Below are positions 19,894 through 30,442 of a stretch of 64,000 bases of DNA, piece after piece (position 1 is the stretch's first letter; each line of letters begins with the position of its first letter). The position numbers were made by a program, and so were the translations under genes. The DNA is taken from positions 9,599 through 73,598 of IMG/VR virus record IMGVR_UViG_3300032248_000400. One strand, given 5' to 3'. The notes under the pieces were generated by a model, which was given only the letters and a program-made list of their open reading frames with translations, was not told where the DNA came from and searched no databases. This DNA is from a virus (Duplodnaviria; Caudoviricetes).

Positions 19894-20919
19894 ATGATAA
19901 GGCTTAAAGACTTATTAAAAGAAGATGATGTTGTAAAAAACAAAAAGACAGGTAATGTCTATGTTGTAAAACAATTTGATCCAGCTAAACATGATAAGCC
20001 AACACCTGCCGAAGTTGAAAAATCAAAAGTAGCAAATGGTGGTAAATTACCAACAAGTGATACGGCAAAACCTGCAGCACAACCTGCAGTAGGAAAAACT
20101 GCACAACAAGCCCCTCAACAAAAATTAGGAGCTAGTGATTTCAAATCATCAGCTGAGAAACCAAAAAGTTCTAACGGAAGTAATGCGCCTGGTGGTGATA
20201 TAAATAAATTGAAAAGTTTAATGCCTAATGCACAGTTTGATAGAAAACCTTTATCAGCGGTATCACCAATTGATAGACAACGGATATCAACAAAGATAGA
20301 CCAGTTAGCAAAACTTGGTGCTGAAGCAAAAGCTAAAGGTGAAAAAGCACCTAATTACAATTTATGCAAAGTAACTGTTCCAGGAACAAATTTATATTGT
20401 AGTGGTAATAAAGGCATTCCGAGAGCAGAAATGCCTCAATTCAAAGGAACACCCGAACCCGGATCACCTGCGGATAAACTTCCGAGAGATAATGCAGGTG
20501 AAGTTGATACAGAAGAATTCTTCAAACAAATGTTAGAGAAGGATGGAGTTAACGTATCAGAACCTACTGAAGTTTCTCCAGACCGTTTAAAAGCAACACA
20601 GAGTGAGCTTGTAGGGGTTAAAGTAGCTGGAATGAGTCAAGTATTGGATAATCCTAATCACCCTGCGTATGACAAAATAACCGCACCTATATATGTTTCA
20701 AATGATGGATATGTATTAGATGGACATCATAGATGGGCAGCATTAGTTGCACATAATGCAAAGAATCCAGATAATCAGATACCAATGAAAGTTAGGGTAA
20801 TAGATGAACCAATTGAACCATTAGTAAAACGTTCTAATAAATTCGCAGAAGATATTGGAATTAAAGCAAAAGCAGCCGATACGGGCGCAGCTGGTGGGCC
20901 ATCACCAATATCAAAATAG
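19894..20919 (+). CDS. ParB/Srx-like domain protein with a low-complexity N-terminus
   Basis: LKATQSE...YVSNDGYVLDGHHRWAA; starts MIRLKDLLKE. Confidence 0.75.
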   Translation: MIRLKDLLKEDDVVKNKKTGNVYVVKQFDPAKHDKPTPAEVEKSKVANGGKLPTSDTAKPAAQPAVGKTAQQAPQQKLGASDFKSSAEKPKSSNGSNAPGGDINKLKSLMPNAQFDRKPLSAVSPIDRQRISTKIDQLAKLGAEAKAKGEKAPNYNLCKVTVPGTNLYCSGNKGIPRAEMPQFKGTPEPGSPADKLPRDNAGEVDTEEFFKQMLEKDGVNVSEPTEVSPDRLKATQSELVGVKVAGMSQVLDNPNHPAYDKITAPIYVSNDGYVLDGHHRWAALVAHNAKNPDNQIPMKVRVIDEPIEPLVKRSNKFAEDIGIKAKAADTGAAGGPSPISK

Positions 20920-20967
20920 ATATTTTTAAAAATAAGGTTATATTTATACTAAATAAAACATATAACC

Positions 20968-21807
20968 ATGATATTAAAAAAAGGCGATAATAACGAAAAC
21001 GTAAAATTGATGCAGGAGAAACTTGGTATATCTCCAGCAGTAACAAACTTCGGACCTAAAACCGAAGCAGCAGTAAAAGAATTTCAAGCAAAAAACGGAT
21101 TGCCAGCAGATGGTATCGTAGGTGATAAAACTTGGGCTATGATTATGTCGCAAGGACAATTTCAACCCAAAGAAGTTGTAGTTGCACCTGTTGTATCAAC
21201 AGGCGGACTAAAATTAGATAAATTAAAAGGACATATTCCTGATGCAGTTATTGGAATGATACCTGCAGTAGCACAAAAGTTTCAAATAGATTCTGCATTG
21301 AGATTAGCACACTTTTTAGCACAATGTGGACATGAAAGTGGTGGATTCCGTGCAACACAAGAAAATCTAAACTATTCAGCAAAGGGATTAATGGGTATAT
21401 TTAAAAAATATTTCCCAGATGCAGCAACTGCGGCAGCTTACGAAAGAAAGCCAGAAAAGATTGCGAATAAAGTATATGCAAATAGAATGGGTAATGGACT
21501 CGAATCAAGTGGTGAAGGATATAAATTTCGTGGTCGGGGATATATCCAATTGACAGGAAAGGATAACTATACAGCATTTGGTAAATCAATCGGTGAAGAT
21601 ATTCCATCTAATCCAGATGTAGTAGCATCTAAATATGCATTACTATCGGCTGCATGGTTCTTTAATAAGAATGGATTACATAAGATGGCAGATGAAGGTG
21701 CAAGTGATGTAGTTGTAACAAAAATTACTAAACGAGTTAATGGTGGAACAATTGGATTACCAGATAGGATAAAACATTTCAAAGAGTATTACGAATTATT
21801 ATCTTAA
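20968..21807 (+). CDS. Endolysin: peptidoglycan-binding domain plus GH19
   Basis: FGPKTEAAVKEFQ...GLPADGIVG PG-binding motif; HFLAQCGHESGG, FRGRGYIQLTG, KRVNGG. Confidence 0.92.
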   Translation: MILKKGDNNENVKLMQEKLGISPAVTNFGPKTEAAVKEFQAKNGLPADGIVGDKTWAMIMSQGQFQPKEVVVAPVVSTGGLKLDKLKGHIPDAVIGMIPAVAQKFQIDSALRLAHFLAQCGHESGGFRATQENLNYSAKGLMGIFKKYFPDAATAAAYERKPEKIANKVYANRMGNGLESSGEGYKFRGRGYIQLTGKDNYTAFGKSIGEDIPSNPDVVASKYALLSAAWFFNKNGLHKMADEGASDVVVTKITKRVNGGTIGLPDRIKHFKEYYELLS

Positions 21808-21826
21808 AGTTAAGTTAACAATAATA

Positions 21827-22513
21827 ATGAATCAACAATTAACTATAATTATCCCTTGTAAAAATGAAGGTAAAGGAATAATTGACGTAGTTAAATTAAT
21901 TTTATCGCAAATTGATTGCAGAATAATAGTAGCTGATTCCTCAACTGAGGAATCTTCTATTTTGATATTAACAACATATCAATCAACTCATAACAATATA
22001 GAAATAATTAAAGGTGGATTACCCGCTATTGCTAGAAATAATGGAGCAAAATTAGTTACAACTCCTTATATTTTATTTTTAGATGCAGATACATACCCAG
22101 AACAAAATACAATTAAAAATTCTATTGAAATTGCTATTAATTATAATTATGATTTAGTTACTTGCAAATTTAAAACTGATAAAAAATATAATTGGGTATA
22201 TAGAATTTTTGATTTAATACAATGGTTTAGTTCAAAAACCAAACCATTTGCATTGGGAGGTTTTATGTTATTTAAAACAGAAGTATTTAATAAATTAGGA
22301 GGATTTAATGAAGAAGATAAAATTGCAGAAGATTATCACATCAGTTCCAAAATTAAACCTAATCGTTTTAAAATCACAAATGATTTCGTTTATACTCCAA
22401 GTAGAAGATTTCATAAAAAAGGTATATGGTATATGATTGTATTAGCTTACAAATCATGGTTAAATAGAAATAATGATGAATTTTTTAAACAAGATTTTAA
22501 CTATTGGAAATGA
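21827..22513 (+). CDS. GT2 glycosyltransferase
   Basis: IIIPCKNE, ARNNGA, FLDAD, AED, SRRF. Confidence 0.9.
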   Translation: MNQQLTIIIPCKNEGKGIIDVVKLILSQIDCRIIVADSSTEESSILILTTYQSTHNNIEIIKGGLPAIARNNGAKLVTTPYILFLDADTYPEQNTIKNSIEIAINYNYDLVTCKFKTDKKYNWVYRIFDLIQWFSSKTKPFALGGFMLFKTEVFNKLGGFNEEDKIAEDYHISSKIKPNRFKITNDFVYTPSRRFHKKGIWYMIVLAYKSWLNRNNDEFFKQDFNYWK

Positions 22514-23256
22514 AAAATTACAGAGCAATAATTGTATCGGATTTACATTTAGGAACTAAAGACTCTAAAGCTGAAGAATTTTTAGAATTTTTAGAAAAAC
22601 ATCCTACGGATCTTTTAATTTTAAATGGAGATATAATTGATGGCTGGGCATTGAACAGAGGAAGTAAGTGGAAAAAACAACATACTAAAGTATTAGGTAA
22701 AATTTTAAAACTATCCAATAAAATACAAGTAATTTGGATTAGAGGTAATCACGATGAATTTATTCAGGAATTTATAGGATCACATTTTGGAGGCATAGAA
22801 TTTAGAGAAGATTATAAAATTGAATATGCTGAACACATAGAATACGATAATTGGGAAAGAAAATGTTTTTATGTTTTTCATGGTGATGTGATTGATGTAT
22901 TTATAACCAAATATACGTGGTTATCTAAAATAGGAGCAGTTGGATATGATGTGGCATTAACTCTCAATCGTTGGTACAACAAATATCGTAAATGGCGTAA
23001 GTTACCATATCAATCTATATCTCAAAAAATAAAAAGTAGTGTAAAAACAGCAACAAACTATGTTAATGATTTTGAAGTAACTGCGCTTAAAATGGCAGAA
23101 AAAAAAGGATGTGATGGTGTTATTTGTGGACATATTCACCAACCAGAAGATAGAATTATTAATGGCAAACGATATCTCAATAGTGGAGATTGGGTAGAAA
23201 ATATGAGTGCTATACTTATTGATACATATGGAAAAATTTACATCTATAATAATTAA
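22510..23256 (+). CDS. Metallophosphoesterase, UDP-2,3-diacylglucosamine hydrolase (LpxH)-like
   Basis: SDLHLG, NGDIIDGW, GNHD, HGD, CGHIH, YLNSGDWVE. Confidence 0.85.
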   Translation: MKNYRAIIVSDLHLGTKDSKAEEFLEFLEKHPTDLLILNGDIIDGWALNRGSKWKKQHTKVLGKILKLSNKIQVIWIRGNHDEFIQEFIGSHFGGIEFREDYKIEYAEHIEYDNWERKCFYVFHGDVIDVFITKYTWLSKIGAVGYDVALTLNRWYNKYRKWRKLPYQSISQKIKSSVKTATNYVNDFEVTALKMAEKKGCDGVICGHIHQPEDRIINGKRYLNSGDWVENMSAILIDTYGKIYIYNN

Positions 23257-23425
23257 ACTATGTATAAAATTTTAGATTTACTATTAAATTTCAACACAGG
23301 TAAAAAAATTAATTTTGAAAGAAGTATAGTATGGGGATTTATTATATTCTTTTTACTTTTTGCTTTGATTAAATTAATTGTATAATTTATTTGGTATATT
23401 AAAAAATTATTATTATATTAGTGTT

Positions 23426-23614
23426 ATGGAAAAATTTAAAATAACACTTAATGTAATAGTAGTTACATCAGTAATTGGATTGGCAGTATCATACGTTAGT
23501 CAGTTGTTGACTATTGTACCTGATATTAATTTTTTGGAAGCAGTTGGAATTTATTGTTTATGGACACCCATACATCATTATTTCAATTCATTTTCACAAA
23601 AAGATAATATCTAA
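23426..23614 (+). CDS. Small membrane protein, possibly near-leaderless
   Basis: Promoter TTTG 23390-N20-TATATTAG 23414 lies just upstream of ATG 23426; two hydrophobic segments. Confidence 0.5.
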   Translation: MEKFKITLNVIVVTSVIGLAVSYVSQLLTIVPDINFLEAVGIYCLWTPIHHYFNSFSQKDNI

Positions 23615-23663
23615 ACTGAAATATTTGGTTCTTTTTTTATACTTATAGTAGAGAATAACTACT

Positions 23664-24317
23664 ATGAAACAAAAAGTAACCGCACTGGCTATAAGCCTAA
23701 AGGAGAAACTATTACACACGTTTCTCATATCTGTCCTATTATTTGTAATAGGAGCATTAGCATTTCAATTATTTTTTGTATTTTTAGAAATTACGGGTAA
23801 AACCGAATTTGCTTCACAAATCTCTAAAGAAATAAGCTGGAGAATGGATGGTACATTTAAAAACAATCCAAATAATATTTCCTATGTAGCAGAGAATCAT
23901 ATTTGGGTTGAGAGTGTAACCAATGAAGTAAAAATTGGAAAATTAGCAGGAAATAGAAACTTAGCATTTGGTGTTAAAAATGTATTAGAGGAGTTTTTAC
24001 AAGAGAAGGGGTATGATTTAACCCCTGCAGCTCCTTACAAATTACAAGTTCAAATTGTATATTTAGATGTTCTTACTACAAAAAAGAACATATCGGTTTT
24101 TCATAAAAATGAGGAAGAAGTTGTTATCAGAATGAAGGGTATCCTTTATAAAGATGGCAAAAAAGATAAAGAGGTTATGATTGAAGAAAGTTCATCAGAA
24201 ATCTCTATGTCAACTCTCATAGTAGATGAAGGTGGAAAGTTCAATCAGACTTCATTGAGCAATGCTCTTAAAAAAGGTTCTGAAAAACTAATCACTAAAC
24301 TACTAGAACAAAAATGA
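23664..24317 (+). CDS. Membrane-anchored CsgG/TolB-N-like alpha-beta protein
   Basis: N-terminal TM helix; NLAFGVKNVLEEFLQ and FNQTSLSNALKK resemble the 30443 protein. Confidence 0.5.
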   Translation: MKQKVTALAISLKEKLLHTFLISVLLFVIGALAFQLFFVFLEITGKTEFASQISKEISWRMDGTFKNNPNNISYVAENHIWVESVTNEVKIGKLAGNRNLAFGVKNVLEEFLQEKGYDLTPAAPYKLQVQIVYLDVLTTKKNISVFHKNEEEVVIRMKGILYKDGKKDKEVMIEESSSEISMSTLIVDEGGKFNQTSLSNALKKGSEKLITKLLEQK

Positions 24318-25978
24318 AAAAACTATTATTAAGTTTGTCACTAATTTTAACAACATTTGTGACAAATGCGCAATTAACTGTCAATCAATCTGTAACACCA
24401 ACGACTGGATTAAAAGTGGGTGATACAATTTCTGTTAAATACACCATTGCAAAATCAACAACAACACCTCGTTATTTTTGGTTAAGGTATCAGTATAATA
24501 ATAAGGCTTTGACATTTGTTCCTAATAGCACTACATTTACACAGGGAACATCCGTTCAAACATATTATACACTTTGGAATAATTACAAATTCAATGCAAA
24601 CGGAACCAAAGCGGCAACTCAGTTGTATGAGCAATACAAATTATCACCTTGGGGATATACATCTAATGTCGATTGGAATGCCGCACAAATAACTATTCAA
24701 AGAACGGATGCATCCATTGATGGTGATGCGGTAACTCAAAAATATATAATCAAAGATTTAGGTGATTATACTGATATTCATAAATTGGACTTATCTTATT
24801 CTATTGATGCAGCTGGAGCATACATTTCCACAATTACAACAAATCCTGGTACCCTATCCCTATCAAATGTAATTGGTAATAGTTCTCAATTCAAAGTTAG
24901 AGTTTTATTTCCACAAGGATACGATATAAGTGCACATAGTGTTTCATTGATACCATTAACGACTACTGGTAATGTCAATTTGGCAGGAACACCTATTGCA
25001 ACAAAAACATTAGATGGTAGTGGTGAGGCGATTTTTACAACTGAAGTTAAAGTTGGTGATAGTTTAGCTGTAGTTGTAAATGCGGCATCTCAAAAAACGT
25101 TTATGAATAATATCGTAACTGTATCGGATGCATATAAAGCATTCTTAGGAATATCTCAAACCGATATAATGGGAAATTCTACTTATTTTACAAGACCAGT
25201 TTTAGAAAAGAAAATTGCATATATAACAAAAGATAAGCCAGCATTTAGTGAAAGTGACTCATATTATATGTTCGCATATGTTATGGGAATTGATGTTGCA
25301 AATAAAGCATACATACCAACAAATGCAGCACCTATAAATAATGTTGCAAATTATAAATGGTATAGTGGTTTGTTGAATGATAGTTGGTTAAATGGTACAC
25401 CTACATATAAAACAAAGATTACATCACCAATTCAAGCAGTTGATGCTGTATTTGCATGGGGTGGTGACTTAGATTGGTCTCACTCATCTGACCCAACTGA
25501 AATAGCAGCTAGAATTGCAAGTGGTAACTATTCTAATTCAGCAAATAAGTTAGTTATTAATTCAATCAAATCAAGCGCTTATACATCTATGGAATATCAA
25601 CAACCTGTTTTAGAAAAAGCAACCCTGTCAGTTGCATCTAAATTGGAAAATGGTAAGGTTGTATTAATGACTACTTTAACAAAAGAAGGTTTAGCAGGAT
25701 TGCAAGTTATTATGAACTACGATGATAGTAAATTATCATTAGATAATGTAGTATTTGATGCAGGTAGTTCAATAACAAACTTTTCAACTCATAACAATGG
25801 TAGGTTGACATTTGGTTCTATTGACCAATTAAAAACAGCTAGAATAAAAACTGGTACACCATACAAATTGATATTTACACCAAAGGAAACATTATCCAAT
25901 ACATCTGGATTGTTTTACTTTGTATTATCTGATGCAGTTGATGCAAACGGAAACAAGATTAATTTAATAATTGAGTAA
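24314..25978 (+). CDS. Secreted protein: cohesin-like domains plus degenerate dockerin-like motif
   Basis: Signal peptide, LRYQYNNKALTF, IVTVSDAY, AWGGDLDWSHS, GLQVIMNYDDSKL. Confidence 0.6.
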   Translation: MKKLLLSLSLILTTFVTNAQLTVNQSVTPTTGLKVGDTISVKYTIAKSTTTPRYFWLRYQYNNKALTFVPNSTTFTQGTSVQTYYTLWNNYKFNANGTKAATQLYEQYKLSPWGYTSNVDWNAAQITIQRTDASIDGDAVTQKYIIKDLGDYTDIHKLDLSYSIDAAGAYISTITTNPGTLSLSNVIGNSSQFKVRVLFPQGYDISAHSVSLIPLTTTGNVNLAGTPIATKTLDGSGEAIFTTEVKVGDSLAVVVNAASQKTFMNNIVTVSDAYKAFLGISQTDIMGNSTYFTRPVLEKKIAYITKDKPAFSESDSYYMFAYVMGIDVANKAYIPTNAAPINNVANYKWYSGLLNDSWLNGTPTYKTKITSPIQAVDAVFAWGGDLDWSHSSDPTEIAARIASGNYSNSANKLVINSIKSSAYTSMEYQQPVLEKATLSVASKLENGKVVLMTTLTKEGLAGLQVIMNYDDSKLSLDNVVFDAGSSITNFSTHNNGRLTFGSIDQLKTARIKTGTPYKLIFTPKETLSNTSGLFYFVLSDAVDANGNKINLIIE

Positions 25979-28283
25979 GATGAAACAATTTGTTACTATT
26001 TTATTTTTGTTAATTTCTTATTTAGGGTTTGGACAGTCTGTAACTGCTCCAGACCCTAAAACATATATTCTAAATACAACTGCACAAGATGGTAGTGGAT
26101 TTGTATTGAGTGGGTTTAATGGTAGTGATATATTACTAACATCAATAAGTTTAATTAACCCATCAACAAATACAACATTTTATTTAAACACTACTACGGG
26201 ATTGACTGCGGCAATAGGATTTACATTGACCGGTAATAAAACTAGATTGGTGGTTACCGGAACAATGGTAAATATTAATACAGCATTGGCATCGTTAAAA
26301 ATTAATACGGGTTTAGTAAGTGGTGATGTAAACATATCAGTAGCAGCAACGGTAAATCCAACGGGATACTATTACAATGGAGTAAATGGGCATTTTTATA
26401 AACCCGTATCAACCGGTGTATATTATTCAAATGCAAAAATAAATGCACATGCTACTACATTTAAAGGACAAGAAGGGTATTTATTAACACTTACATCTGC
26501 GAATGAAGAAGATTTTATAAAATTAAATGTTCCACAAAATAATATTTGGTTTGCGGCAACTGATAAAGTAACTGATGGAACTTGGGTGATAGATGACGGG
26601 CCTGAAATTGGTACAGTAATGAAAACACAAAACGGACAACTTAACGGAAATATTGCAGGTGTATATAATAACTGGTGTGGCGGTGAACCAAATGGTAGTA
26701 ATCATAGTGAAGATTATCCCGTAGCAAAATGGAATGGTGCGGCTTGCTGGAATGATTTATCAAATAACTGGAATAATCCATATGTAATTGAATATGGAAC
26801 TTGGAGCAACCCTGATGATGCAACATTTAGTGAATTTTATACTAACAGTGTATCTCATTCAAACGGAGAAACATTAAAAGCATTATTCACTTTTGATTTT
26901 GGAAGTGGTATAGATAAAACTAAATTCTTAGCACAGGTGTTTAAAAGAAATAATTTAACTTCTGCATGGCAATCAACAACTGGATATAAAGCATTGAGTG
27001 GTTTAGGTAAAATCTTTGTTTCAAATCAATTAGATACAGCAAAAATAGCATCTGGAACATATAAAGCAACTATATCACCAGTTGGAGCGGAATGGGCATA
27101 TGTAAATCCAAATTTAACTTTTTTGAATGGTAATAGTAGATTATTGATTGATATGAGGCAAGTTGGTAATATAGACCCAACTAAAATACTAAACATAAAA
27201 ATATTAGATGCATATGATGGACCGGTTACATATGTATCACATGATACTAATGGTTGGGCGATATATACCGTCCCATCACCATTAACAAAAGTAACCGATG
27301 GAACTTCTGCATATAACCAATATATTAGAAATGTAAATGGAACAAATTCTGATTACGCTTTTCAATGTTCAGTTGGCATTGTACAACAAAATTCATACAA
27401 ACAACATAAATTAGAATTACAAGAATACGATAGTATACAATTAAAAACTTTGTATAATAGTATTGTGACTGTATCGGATGTTTATTTGGCATTTAAAGAA
27501 TTAGCAAATAGTGGAATTATGGGTAACCAAACTGGTAATGAATTTACATATGGTATTCAATATAAAAACGCAGATATTAATAATGATAATGTATTTAATG
27601 AAGCCGATTGTTTTATATTATTACAAAACTTAATGGGTGTTAAAAATTTAATTAGTTCATATACTTTATCTAATACAATACATCTATACCCACAATCTAC
27701 ATATTACTCAATTGGTAAATCTAATTGGAATACATACTCATCTTATTTAGGAACTGCGTATCCATTTAATTTATTAAATAATGTAGTGAATTATGATTTT
27801 GATGTATCAGTAGCATGGAAAGGTGATGTAAATTTATCACATTCACCAACTCCGCCATCAAATGGTGTAACAACAACTTCGGCATATGGAATAAAATCAA
27901 AAGTTATTAGTAATGAAATCAATGCATCAATTTTGACTGAAATAGTAGGTGATAGTGTTTATGCATATATTACATTAGACCCATTACAACAAAATGTAGT
28001 AGGCACACAATTTCAATTAAATTATGATAATGTAATGCTAAAGTTTAGTAATGTAAAATTTATAACAAAAGGTGCACCAATGAATTATGCAAATAATACT
28101 GGAACTTATGTTAATATTGGGTCTTTAATTACTGATGGTGCATCGATATTAGATAATAAAACGCAATATAAGATAGTATTCTCAGCAAAAGAAAAAATAG
28201 AAAATGTATTGGGGTTGATTTCAATAGGAATAACCGATGCTGTTAATCAAATTGGTTCACAATTAAAAATAAGAATGAACTAA
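25971..28283 (+). CDS. Secreted protein: cadherin-like region, C-type lectin, dockerin/EF-hand and cohesin domains
   Basis: Signal peptide; NGHFY...GYLLTLTSANE...YNNWCGGEPN...WNDL lectin; ADINNDNVFNEAD; AWKGDVNLSHS; GTQFQLNYD. Confidence 0.7.
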   Translation: MSKMKQFVTILFLLISYLGFGQSVTAPDPKTYILNTTAQDGSGFVLSGFNGSDILLTSISLINPSTNTTFYLNTTTGLTAAIGFTLTGNKTRLVVTGTMVNINTALASLKINTGLVSGDVNISVAATVNPTGYYYNGVNGHFYKPVSTGVYYSNAKINAHATTFKGQEGYLLTLTSANEEDFIKLNVPQNNIWFAATDKVTDGTWVIDDGPEIGTVMKTQNGQLNGNIAGVYNNWCGGEPNGSNHSEDYPVAKWNGAACWNDLSNNWNNPYVIEYGTWSNPDDATFSEFYTNSVSHSNGETLKALFTFDFGSGIDKTKFLAQVFKRNNLTSAWQSTTGYKALSGLGKIFVSNQLDTAKIASGTYKATISPVGAEWAYVNPNLTFLNGNSRLLIDMRQVGNIDPTKILNIKILDAYDGPVTYVSHDTNGWAIYTVPSPLTKVTDGTSAYNQYIRNVNGTNSDYAFQCSVGIVQQNSYKQHKLELQEYDSIQLKTLYNSIVTVSDVYLAFKELANSGIMGNQTGNEFTYGIQYKNADINNDNVFNEADCFILLQNLMGVKNLISSYTLSNTIHLYPQSTYYSIGKSNWNTYSSYLGTAYPFNLLNNVVNYDFDVSVAWKGDVNLSHSPTPPSNGVTTTSAYGIKSKVISNEINASILTEIVGDSVYAYITLDPLQQNVVGTQFQLNYDNVMLKFSNVKFITKGAPMNYANNTGTYVNIGSLITDGASILDNKTQYKIVFSAKEKIENVLGLISIGITDAVNQIGSQLKIRMN

Positions 28284-28630
28284 TGAGGATTATTACGATT
28301 ATATTATTTTTTCTTATATCATTATCAGCTTGTAAAAAAGTAGATATTATAATACCAAAAAAACCCATTACTAATATCTTTGATAATAACGAAGTGAGTA
28401 TAAAGAATGGGCAGGAAATACAATTTGAATTAATAAAAGATGGAATATATACATTAACTTTAGGTGATGAAATAGGCAATCAAGTTTTGACAAGAGAAAG
28501 ATTTAATGGAAAAATTGGAATAAATAAAATGAAAATATACACCAAATCAATCTCAATTAAATATTTATATTTGTTATTAGAAGATGAAACTAAAACCAAA
28601 ATTGGAAAAACAACAATAATAATCAATTAA
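28283..28630 (+). CDS. Lipoprotein, T9SS C-terminal-domain-like
   Basis: LSAC lipobox; beta-rich body similar to the 28632 protein. Confidence 0.5.
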   Translation: MRIITIILFFLISLSACKKVDIIIPKKPITNIFDNNEVSIKNGQEIQFELIKDGIYTLTLGDEIGNQVLTRERFNGKIGINKMKIYTKSISIKYLYLLLEDETKTKIGKTTIIIN

Positions 28631-28631
28631 A

Positions 28632-28997
28632 ATGAAAAAAGTATTTTTAGTAGTGTTCGCATTAGTATTTTTATTTGGATGCAGAAAAATGGATATTCCC
28701 GTTATACCTGAAATAAATAAAGAACTTAACATTGAAGCTGCAGTTGGATTAAAGCTACAATCACCATTTGTAACAGAAGAAGTTGTTATGAATGTAAAAA
28801 GTGATGTGGCACAATCGGTTACTATTAAAATATTTGACATCGCTAATAGAGTAGTATCCAAAGAAACTATGAATGTAAACGTAGGTGATAATATACTAAA
28901 AGTATACACCAAAATACTACCTTCATCAGCATACAGAATTGGACTTTACAGCACTAAAGGAAGTGAGTTAGGTATAACCGATTTTAACAAATTGTAA
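28632..28997 (+). CDS. Lipoprotein consisting mostly of a T9SS type A sorting-domain-like fold
   Basis: LFGC lipobox; TIKIFDIANRVV...GDN...LPSSAYRIGL pattern. Confidence 0.6.
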   Translation: MKKVFLVVFALVFLFGCRKMDIPVIPEINKELNIEAAVGLKLQSPFVTEEVVMNVKSDVAQSVTIKIFDIANRVVSKETMNVNVGDNILKVYTKILPSSAYRIGLYSTKGSELGITDFNKL

Positions 28998-29015
28998 ACT
29001 AAAAAAACAAATAAA

Positions 29016-29324
29016 ATGGCAGAAGAAGTAGAACAAGAATCAACCGGTAAATCATTTAAGAATATCATTATCGGTTTAGTAAGTACAGTAACATTAGGCA
29101 TTGGTGGATTTATCACAAACAAATTAACAGGTGGTGATGATGAAAAAGCACCAGTACAACAAGCAGCACCAGTAATTAATATTCAAAATAACCAAACTCA
29201 ACAAGCGGGTGGTGGTAAAACTGTAATCATCAACAAAGGTGGTGATACTAAACCAACACAACCTGTAGTTAAACCTAAGAAGAAAGAAGGTGATGAGTTT
29301 AAAGAGAAAGAGCCTGAATGGTAG
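29016..29324 (+). CDS. Membrane-anchored hypothetical protein
   Basis: One TM helix, then PVINIQNN. Confidence 0.55.
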   Translation: MAEEVEQESTGKSFKNIIIGLVSTVTLGIGGFITNKLTGGDDEKAPVQQAAPVINIQNNQTQQAGGGKTVIINKGGDTKPTQPVVKPKKKEGDEFKEKEPEW

Positions 29325-29348
29325 TTTAACTTATAAAAAATTATAAAA

Positions 29349-29948
29349 ATGGTAGAACAACCAACTGGGTTTAAAAACCTATTAAATAAAATGATGGCCA
29401 GAAGATGGTACATCACTGCATTAGTATTGGGTGGATTTATGTTAATAATTGGAGGCATATTTGCTGCTGTATTAGGAAAATCTCCAATAGCAGGGGAATG
29501 GAAAGAACTTCTATTATTATTATTAGGAGCATTCATAGGTTCTTATGGTAAAATCATCGACTATTGGTTTAGTGATACTGATAAGGATAAAATGTTAGTT
29601 CAGAAAATGGATGAGGAAGATGGTACTACATTGAGTAATACAGCAGATATGCCAAACAATCCAATTGTTCCAACGAATATATCTCCATTAGCATTACCAA
29701 CATCAGAACCAAATAATCCACAACATATTGAATCTCCTTTCAAACCTGAAACAAAAGTAGGTGTTGAAGTGGATGAAGATGGTGATGGTGTAATGGATGG
29801 TATAGATAACGATGGTGATGGTAAAATAGATGAATACTTTACACATAGGCAATGTGAACACATCTGGGGTGATAGTGATGGTGATGGCGATTTAGAGTGT
29901 TTAAAATGCGGAAAAATAAAAGATGAAGATGCAGAGCAAGTGGGATAA
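29349..29948 (+). CDS. Two-TM protein with DxDGDG Ca-binding loops and a C-terminal Cys/His cluster
   Basis: DEDGDG, DNDGDG, CEHIWGDSDGDGDLECLKCG. Confidence 0.6.
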   Translation: MVEQPTGFKNLLNKMMARRWYITALVLGGFMLIIGGIFAAVLGKSPIAGEWKELLLLLLGAFIGSYGKIIDYWFSDTDKDKMLVQKMDEEDGTTLSNTADMPNNPIVPTNISPLALPTSEPNNPQHIESPFKPETKVGVEVDEDGDGVMDGIDNDGDGKIDEYFTHRQCEHIWGDSDGDGDLECLKCGKIKDEDAEQVG

Positions 29949-30113
29949 TCAAAGAGAAGATAAGCTAGCTAGAATTATCAAAATGGAATTAGAAATAATA
30001 GAAGCAATCAGAAATGGCCATAAACCTGCTGATAATGATGAATTCAAAAGTTACAGAGAAGAAATGAATAGGTTACGAATTGAATTAAAACTAAAATAAA
30101 AAGGAGTAACACT

Positions 30114-30383
30114 ATGGGATTTATTAAAGAACTTTTCAAAGACAACAATGACATAAACGAAAAATCAGTAGTTGGTTTCTTGTCATTCACATGTATGGTA
30201 GCTGCATTAGCAGTAGACCTTATAACCGGTTGGATGGGTAGACCATTGGAAATCAATGAGTACATTTTTAACGGATTTTTAGTAATAACATTAGGTTCAT
30301 TTGGCATTGCATCGGTTGATAAATACATTAACCGAAAAGCAGAACACGATGCAGCTAAGTTGGAAGCTGAAGAGGAAGGATAA
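30114..30383 (+). CDS. Small two-TM membrane protein (holin-like)
   Basis: Two hydrophobic helices with a charged C-terminus. Confidence 0.45.
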   Translation: MGFIKELFKDNNDINEKSVVGFLSFTCMVAALAVDLITGWMGRPLEINEYIFNGFLVITLGSFGIASVDKYINRKAEHDAAKLEAEEEG

Positions 30384-30391
30384 AAATTTAG

Positions 30392-30418
30392 AAAGGGAGT
30401 TAAATACTCCCTTTTTTT
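30392..30418 (+). terminator. Intrinsic terminator
   Basis: AAAGGGAGT-TAAAT-ACTCCCTTT followed by a T run. Confidence 0.85.
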
Positions 30419-30442
30419 ATATTTATACTAAACAATTTATGT

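Noticed and set aside
25971-28283. Diversity-generating retroelement target (lectin domain)
   Set aside because: No reverse transcriptase or template/variable repeat pair is seen in the window.
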